In this document: one piece after another, positions 57,254-64,000 of the stretch
How the letters are laid out: each line of letters starts with the position of its first letter
How positions within the stretch are numbered: position 1 is the first letter of the stretch
From: Trichinella spiralis
Taxonomy: Eukaryota
Direction of reading: 5' to 3'
NCBI RefSeq assembly: GCF_000181795.1
Contig: NW_003526940.1
Coordinates: forward strand, 1,879,854 to 1,943,853
Length of the DNA stretch: 64,000 nucleotides
Program-made: the position numbers and the translations under genes
The notes under the pieces: model-generated
Told to the model about the DNA's origin: nothing
Databases searched by the model: none
What the model saw: the letters and a program-made list of their open reading frames with translations, nothing else

Positions 57254-59929
57254 TTATGCAGGTACTGTTTGTCTTATGTTTGGTTCACAAAAAAGCAGCT
57301 CTACAAAAACAGAAGCCTTTTGTCTGATGAACATTGTGTGCAGGTGCGACACTCTTTTGAATAGAATGCAGTTTTCATCAATGAAGTAAATAGCACTGCA
57401 TTTCTTTGACTGCATAACTGTTGCACAGCTTGTTAGACATTCTAGCAGAGTAGTTGTATTTGCTACTTCTATAATAACTGACCAACCGGATAAAAACAAA
57501 GTTTTATAGAATTCCAGTTGACAAACTTCATCCAGAATCGGTAAGACATGCAATTCAGGTTGATCGTTGTCAGCACGTTCATTTTCTCTATCTAAAACAA
57601 AAAAATTAAAAGTAACAGACATGTTATAATAGTGGCTGACGTCTGTATAAATTGGCCTATATGATGGTGCTTTCATGAAAACGAAATAATTTTGCTCAAG
57701 AAATGAGAACTGCTAATTTCAATGCTTGAATTAGTTTCATTTTATTTCCGGAAAATTGACATACCATTTAATGTAAGCATTTAATAAATTTTCAATATAA
57801 TTCGCAATGTTGCGATTAAAACTCTCTTACCTTTTGAGCAATTGTTAAGAGTAAAAAAATGATATCCTTCGTTTAAAAGAACTTCATCCTCATAATTTCC
57901 CATAACTGTAGTGCGGCATGCTTTTCTTTCTTTAGAATATGCGACACCTTCACATAATCTGAAGTTTCTCATATAGCGACATATGCTTATACACTCGTTT
58001 AAAAATGAAACATTCGCATATAGTTGAACAAGGTTTATCCATGGAATTACGTTTGAAACTGAATGCTGTACTGTGCATATCTCTTTATACTGAAACAAAG
58101 AAATTTTTTCTTCAGTGGTGAAATGATTTGAATGCTTCAGTGGAAGCATTCTTAGGTCTTTTACAATGTTGATCGGAATTCCATCTAGAACAAAAAAATT
58201 TTAACAACTTAATGCCGCTTCTGGCTTTATCAAGCACACTTCTTTTCAAAGTTAATTTTATTACTAGCGTGTGACATTACTTGTTTCTCCATTATGACAA
58301 ATTTATGAAATCACAGCTTATTTTAAAATAACTCACAAGAATTTACAAATTTACAACTGTACTCATAAAATGTTATAAGTGTAATATTGCAGAATAAATC
58401 ATTGTGCAAATTTAATTATAATAAGTGAATTACTCGTAGTGAAATTTCAAACACTTTCCACTATCATACTAAAGTTTTATCATGTTATGCGAATTTCACA
58501 TTAATATACAAATCATATTAAAAATTTAGTAGCTTTCTTACCGTCAGAAAATTGTATTATGCGGCGGTTAAGTGGGCTGTTTGGCAAAGCGTACTTTTTT
58601 CTTATAGTAAAAGTGAGACACGTCTTTTCACCATGTGAAAAATAGTATCCATCACAGTAATTTGCCAAGAATTTATCTAAGCATATCATTAAACAATGTT
58701 TTTCATCTACAGTCTCCCATAGTCCAATGCGAATGCCGGCTTTCGTTGCATAAAAATGTACCGGATATAATGATACTGTCCGATTAAATATGCTGTAAAC
58801 AGTTGGGGCTATTTCTTCAAACCTTGGGATAGAATACGCACGTGGAAAATCAAAATCTTAAAAAGTAAATATGGTGAGTGTTACTAAATAATAAAAATGA
58901 AAATATAATTGTGCTAAATCATTGTATAAATAACAAATACTCATAAATATTATGTAAATAACAAGTAATTACTAAAGATTAAATACTAATGATTTTGCTG
59001 AAATTTTTATCAATGCTCTGACCATTTGGAAATGATAATCGTATTTTCATTTACCGTTATAACATGTGTAAATAACAAAAAACAGTGCAGAACTTTGTAG
59101 AGTCGGTATAATTCCCCCAAATAATGTTAAGTTTCTAGCTGTAGATAGAAGAAGACAGGTTCCTTCTTGGGCAGAAAACAAAACGCTGTTGCATGAAGAG
59201 TAAGTAGGTGCTTCACAAAAAGCAATACAGCGTTTCAAAGAAGGTGTTGGAATAAGATGAATGCGCTGAGCATAAAAGTTTTCCACAAAAGGCAACTCAT
59301 AAAAGTGGCAATTCTTGTGTGTAGAAGGTGTGTGTATTGTTGCCGAATTACGCCTCTGATATACACTTTGAACAATCATTCCCACAGGAATATTTGAAAT
59401 GTCTAAATAAAATACCAGAATATTTCAAAAAGTTGGAAAAATGGAAATGGAAAATGCAAAAAATGGAAAATGTTTTGTCTGGTGTATCATAGAAAATTTA
59501 ATTTTTCGTAAATAATAAGTATCATACTTCTGTGACAGCTGTGAAGTAGAAGGTGCAACGACTGTCCTATCAGATCGAATGGCGGCGAAATATGATCAGT
59601 TGCATTTTCGTAATACAAATTACACATTTTTGCAAATGGACTGTATTTTATTAATTTACAGGATGGTAAAAGACGGACACAAGCAGCTACACAACTTTCC
59701 ATACTGCAATAGGCCTGTTTAATGTGAAGAACTTCCTCATGGCGAATTGCTTTTGCAGTTAACACACAGGTAGCGTCCAATTTTGGAATATACAATGACA
59801 TCAACGAACAATTGACCAGCTGAAGAGGAAACATCACATTTATTGCTTCATTAAAAGATTCAACTCACTTAGACTTACGTTGCAATTTATGAAGCATATT
59901 ATTGCAAGAAGCGACCATTGCCTTATCAT
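57254..59929 (-). CDS. Secreted multi-PAN/apple-domain protein; exons about 59929-59879, 59819-59528, 59402-59055, 58856-58542, 58184-57831, 57591-57254
   Basis: Signal exon MIRQWSLLAIICFINCN/LVNCS, then five exons joined by phase-1 GT-AG introns, each with a C-x3-C..C..C apple pattern (SMESCVAAC..C..YS..KMCNL; SLKRCIAFC..CNSVLFS..TCLL; HCLMIC..CDGYYF..TC; ECISIC..CEGVAY..AC; LLECLTSC..CSAIYF..NCIL). 3' end uncertain. Confidence 0.85.
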
Positions 59930-60734
59930 TGTATCTAAATGTAATTTATCTTTTCATGCGTGTTATACAATTGATTCCGGTTTGCAAGATCTCGACAAAT
60001 TTCACGCATCTGTTCGCGTTAATCAGTTGTTCCGCAAATAAATCTTGCTTGCCAGAGGATGAATATTACCTTCAAAAACGCGCAGGACATCATTTTGAAA
60101 GCTTATTACTAATTACTGTTGTTTTCTGCAAAATTCAAGAACTTCACTAGGTCAAGTTTATGTTATCCAGGGACAGGAATACGTTTCGACAGCTTTGGAC
60201 AAGAAAACACTTAATGTTGAATAAAAATGCACCTTAATCGACGAGCATGATGTTCACGTCAACGTTACTTGTCACCACAGCTGAGCTTTGCTATTTTGCA
60301 CATGCAAATATTTCTGCCATAAACACTGTTTGTCGTAATAACTAAAATTTTGCTTCAAGCAGAGTGGTTTGTAACTTTTGAATTTCAATTATTTTGATTT
60401 AAATTATTCATGTTTTATATTGGAACGTTATTTTATTCACAATATTGACATTCAGTTAATTGTATTAAAATAGACGTGCACGATTTAATTTATAACAAAC
60501 ACTGTTATAAATTGCTTGAAAATAGAGAAAACTCTTGAAAAAGAAAATAATAAATATGTCAACAAATAAAATATAATGAAATAAATATCTACTCGAATGT
60601 GATGAGGTTTATAGCCATTGTACGATGATTGAAACGTCATCACTTTTAAATAAAAATGGTAACATATTTATAGCATAGTATATTTCTGAATGCTTAAACA
60701 TTTTGATCACTTGCAATTCTATAAATATAGCAAG

Positions 60735-61207
60735 TACATGCGTGCGTGTGTGTGTGCATGGGACATAATATAGGTGCAAAATGTTATTTGTATTTTCAAG
60801 TCAGCTGAAAGTACTGATGTCAATAAGCTGGAATGAAATCAGTTTAATTTCACCTAATGAGACCTTTAATTCATTAACAACTTCACTTTTTGATCTGTTT
60901 CTGGAAATCATAGCAAATTAAATGCATTTATCAATAATGATACAGATTAATTAACAAATTCCAAAATGTAAAATATTGTTGACAATATGTAAGTAGTAAT
61001 ATTTTATTAAACAGTTGACATCATTAAATTTACATTGAAATTTCTGGCATTTGTTATTCATTTACTTGATTGTACGCGTATGCATGTGTGTTTGTGTGCG
61101 CCATAATATAAGTGCAAAATGTTATTTATACTTTGAAATCTGCTTATAAGGTGTTCCATGTAATTAAACTGGAATGAATAAAGTTCACATTCACTTAATA
61201 AAACCTT
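60735..61207 (+). repeat. Diverged direct repeat of about 130 bp (60735-60866 and 61072-61207)
   Basis: Both copies have a (TG)n-like tract, CATAATATARGTGCAAAATGTTATTT, CTGGAATGAA and TTCACYTAAT in the same order. Confidence 0.7.
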
Positions 61208-61533
61208 GTTGAAAGTAATTGAATTGCCCCGTCTGGAACTTTTGAAGTTCATAATGAACTTCATTGATTATTGATTGAGAAGTTGTGAAAGGCATGTTTT
61301 AAATCAAGAATTTACAATTTATTTGAAATTACTTTTTTAGTTAATGAACGAATGATATGAATTTGTTATTTTATAATGTGATTTGTTCATGCGCAGTGAA
61401 CAAAATTAAACAGAGAAATTCAGAAAAATTAAGTTTTTTACATAATAATAATTCTACTAATGATGTATAAAGAGACCAAAGTACAACATGTACCTGAGTG
61501 CCCTGACATACAGTAAACGTGATACATGAATTT

Positions 61534-63708
61534 GGGGCTAGTCGATTTCGGGACAAATTTTCACCGTCTAATTTTACTGGTCGTTAAACTCGCTATTTTA
61601 TTGGACCTTCAATTCGTCGTCTTATTGGTTTCCCTAATCTAATTGCTCATTGATTCAAACTCTTCAGTTGTGATTAGCTGTAATGTTCTTCATTTCATTG
61701 GTTCAAATATTCCATTTAGGATTACGTAACTTTAATAGTGGTGACGTAACATTAATAATGAAAATATTCCTTATTTGGGAATTGTTTCAATCAAGATTTA
61801 TAAGTTTTATCATTCATTGAAATTTTGTTTTTCCAATATATTATTAGTGAAGTTTATACTTTTTGGTGATCAACGTTTTCAATAATAATTTTTGTCATTA
61901 TTCCATATTTTATTGTACCAGAGTGACGTTATATCAAATGCGATAGTAATAATTCAGAAAAAACGATACGATACAAAAATAAGTTAAATAGTGATTTTGA
62001 TTTTTCACTAGTCAAGAGCAGCAACAACAGTAAAGAACAGTCATGAACAACAACAACAAACAACATAACAGTGAACAATATTAACAAAGTAGAAACGACG
62101 AAAGAGAATAATACAATACAATGAAATAAAATACGAGTATAATACAATACAATGCAATACAATACAATACAATACAAATATAATATAGTACAATAGAACA
62201 CAACAAAATAGAATAAAAATATAATACAAACCAGCACTTGGAAGGCGGTAGTAAATCGGCTCTGGCGTTATATACATAAAAGCTTCTAGGTACTGCTCCA
62301 GCGTACGTCTACCGTTGGTGTATTCACCCGTATATTGTGCAACCCATCGTTGTTTTTGAGCATAAACTCTGTTTACCCGTCTTAAGTCACCAACGGTCAC
62401 GTTTCCTGATAGAACTTGTTGAATCAGGGTGTCCATAACACCCTGCTCCGCTATCATGAGCTGTAGCAGTTTATAAAATCCGTTATGACCTTTACCCGCT
62501 TTTCTGTTAAGCTGATTTTGCCAACCTTCCAAGTGGTTATTTGTCCTAATATTTACATTATGGACATTCCAAAGCGGCAGTCTTTCATCGGTCATCCACT
62601 CCTGCCGAAAATATTGAAATAAGGCTAATAAGTTTCCCGTAGTGCCTGCTTCAAGCAGGCTAACACCCGTATTAACATGCGGTACAGAGAGGAAAGCGGT
62701 GGCCAGGAGCATTCTGATTTTTCTTCTTGTTTCCTCACGCTGGTGATATCGTGTTTTCTGTCCCAGCTTACTGACTTTCCTATGTACCGCCTGGCAGAAG
62801 TGGAAGTAGCAGCCCTGTACCCGCGTATTCGGGAAGTAATCCTGAATTGCAGGCATCAGGGCTGTTTCAAAATCACAGATAATGGTATCCCGATTAAGGT
62901 CGACCTCCAGAACTGCCGCTTTGTCTATTAAAGCTTGAAAAATAAACCCGTATGTGGCAATATCTTTACCCGTACATAAACAATAGACTGCTGGCACCAG
63001 CGTGCCCGCCAAAAAGGCATGGATGGTATGCAGTTGTTGATACCATTGAGGTACAATATTGAATGTATCCTCCATGCCCCAGGTTCGACTGGCTGCCAGC
63101 AATCTAATGTTGGAACCCCTAGCAAATACCAGTATATGCCTCGAATTACTTTGGCACAATAAAAAGTCTTCCCCAGAATTCGTTGCTTTAAACTGATCTG
63201 GTATTACCAGATCATGCCGGTGTTCAGGAAGTCTGGGGAAGCGCTTTGCCCGATGTTTGTACATTGCGGCTCGCACCCGCTTGAAAACCGGAAACTGTCC
63301 GGATGTAGAAGGCTCAGCTGACGCGGCAGAGGCTTCTTCATCATATATTGCGGGGATGGGCTTCGTTTCATCGGCACTTCGTTTTTTAGAAGTGCCTTCT
63401 TCTCCATTTTATATGCCAGATGCTCGTCTACCTGTCAGTTTTCAACGTTATCTTTTCGATTGAACACGGCCGTAACTTCTAAATCTGTCCATACTGCACC
63501 CCTGCAGCCTTTTTTATCCTATACCAAAATAAGGTAATTGTTAATAACAAGGAACGCATGCTGTACATTCAACGCATACCTTTGAACACCTCCAACATTT
63601 CTTCTGTTTGCCCGTGTGTTTCAATTTGTATGCCCTTCCTTCAAAAACAAGGGCCATACTGCCACCATGATTCAGTACAATACACAGCACTGGAATATCA
63701 GCCATTGT
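61534..63708 (-). mobile_element. Mutator-superfamily (Phantom-like) element with FLYWCH + MULE transposase, probably inactive; other end likely beyond the window
   Basis: Exon 1 MADIP..FEGRAYKLK..WRCSK, intron about 63588-63519, then DKKGCRGAVWT with an in-frame TGA and a frameshift. MULE core has MEDTF (usually DGTF), ICDFE, GCYFHFCQAV, RTNNHLEGW. Frame runs into an (ATTGT)n-type tail; subterminal repeats at 61585-61677. Confidence 0.93.
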
Positions 63709-64000
63709 GAAAATGCTGAACAGAACAGAAAGTAATTCAGATAACTCGGGAAAGCAATAAGTTGCGATGCGGAAAGTTTCGAGTGATATTTTTAGATATT
63801 CAATCTGACTTGACCTAAATTCCAACTCCAATAGCTTACATTATCAAACTGTCACTCTGTCAAAATTTGTGACTGATTTATTGGAACAACTGCCGTTGTT
63901 TACTGGGAAAAGAAGCAACTGTTGTCGTTACTGAACCAGAGAACAACAACTTAACAAGCACAGTTGCGATCAGATCGTGTAGAGAGTTGTTGGTGTGATC

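Noticed and set aside
62041..62250. Cys/Tyr-rich hydrophobic C-terminal extension of the transposase ORF
   Set aside because: Read-through into an (ATTGT)n-type low-complexity tail, probably after loss of the stop following PEPI.

Overview
AT-rich eukaryotic genomic scaffold with short GT-AG introns and several N gaps. Gene style, a cystatin-fold excretory/secretory (ES)-type gene and FLYWCH/MULE elements suggest a clade I nematode, probably Trichinella (inference). Hand-spliced genes: C-terminal 6 exons of a CWF19L2 homologue (-, 7939-9018); a complete 16-exon conventional PKC (+, 21170-28434); a METTL23-like methyltransferase (-, 29268-30318) head-to-head with an SRSF4/5/6-type SR protein (+, 31297-33157); two secreted-protein genes (non-canonical cystatin-like 35507-36232; orphan prepro-protein 37707-39282); and a secreted multi-PAN/apple protein (-, 57254-59929). 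The rest is intergenic DNA and decayed transposons (BEL/Pao, Gypsy, solo LTR, hAT, Mutator/Phantom-like, pogo-like MITEs). Best leads: (1) the METTL23 third intron keeps frame only with a GA (GAAAGT) donor; (2) the SR gene lacks its second RRM, and a possible decayed RRM2 exon plus stop-containing cassettes lie in its long intron; (3) the pair of TATA-driven secreted genes; (4) overlaps indicating that contig 34832-42481 is misplaced. I did not find a convincing wholly new biological system. All homology calls are from memory and need database confirmation.
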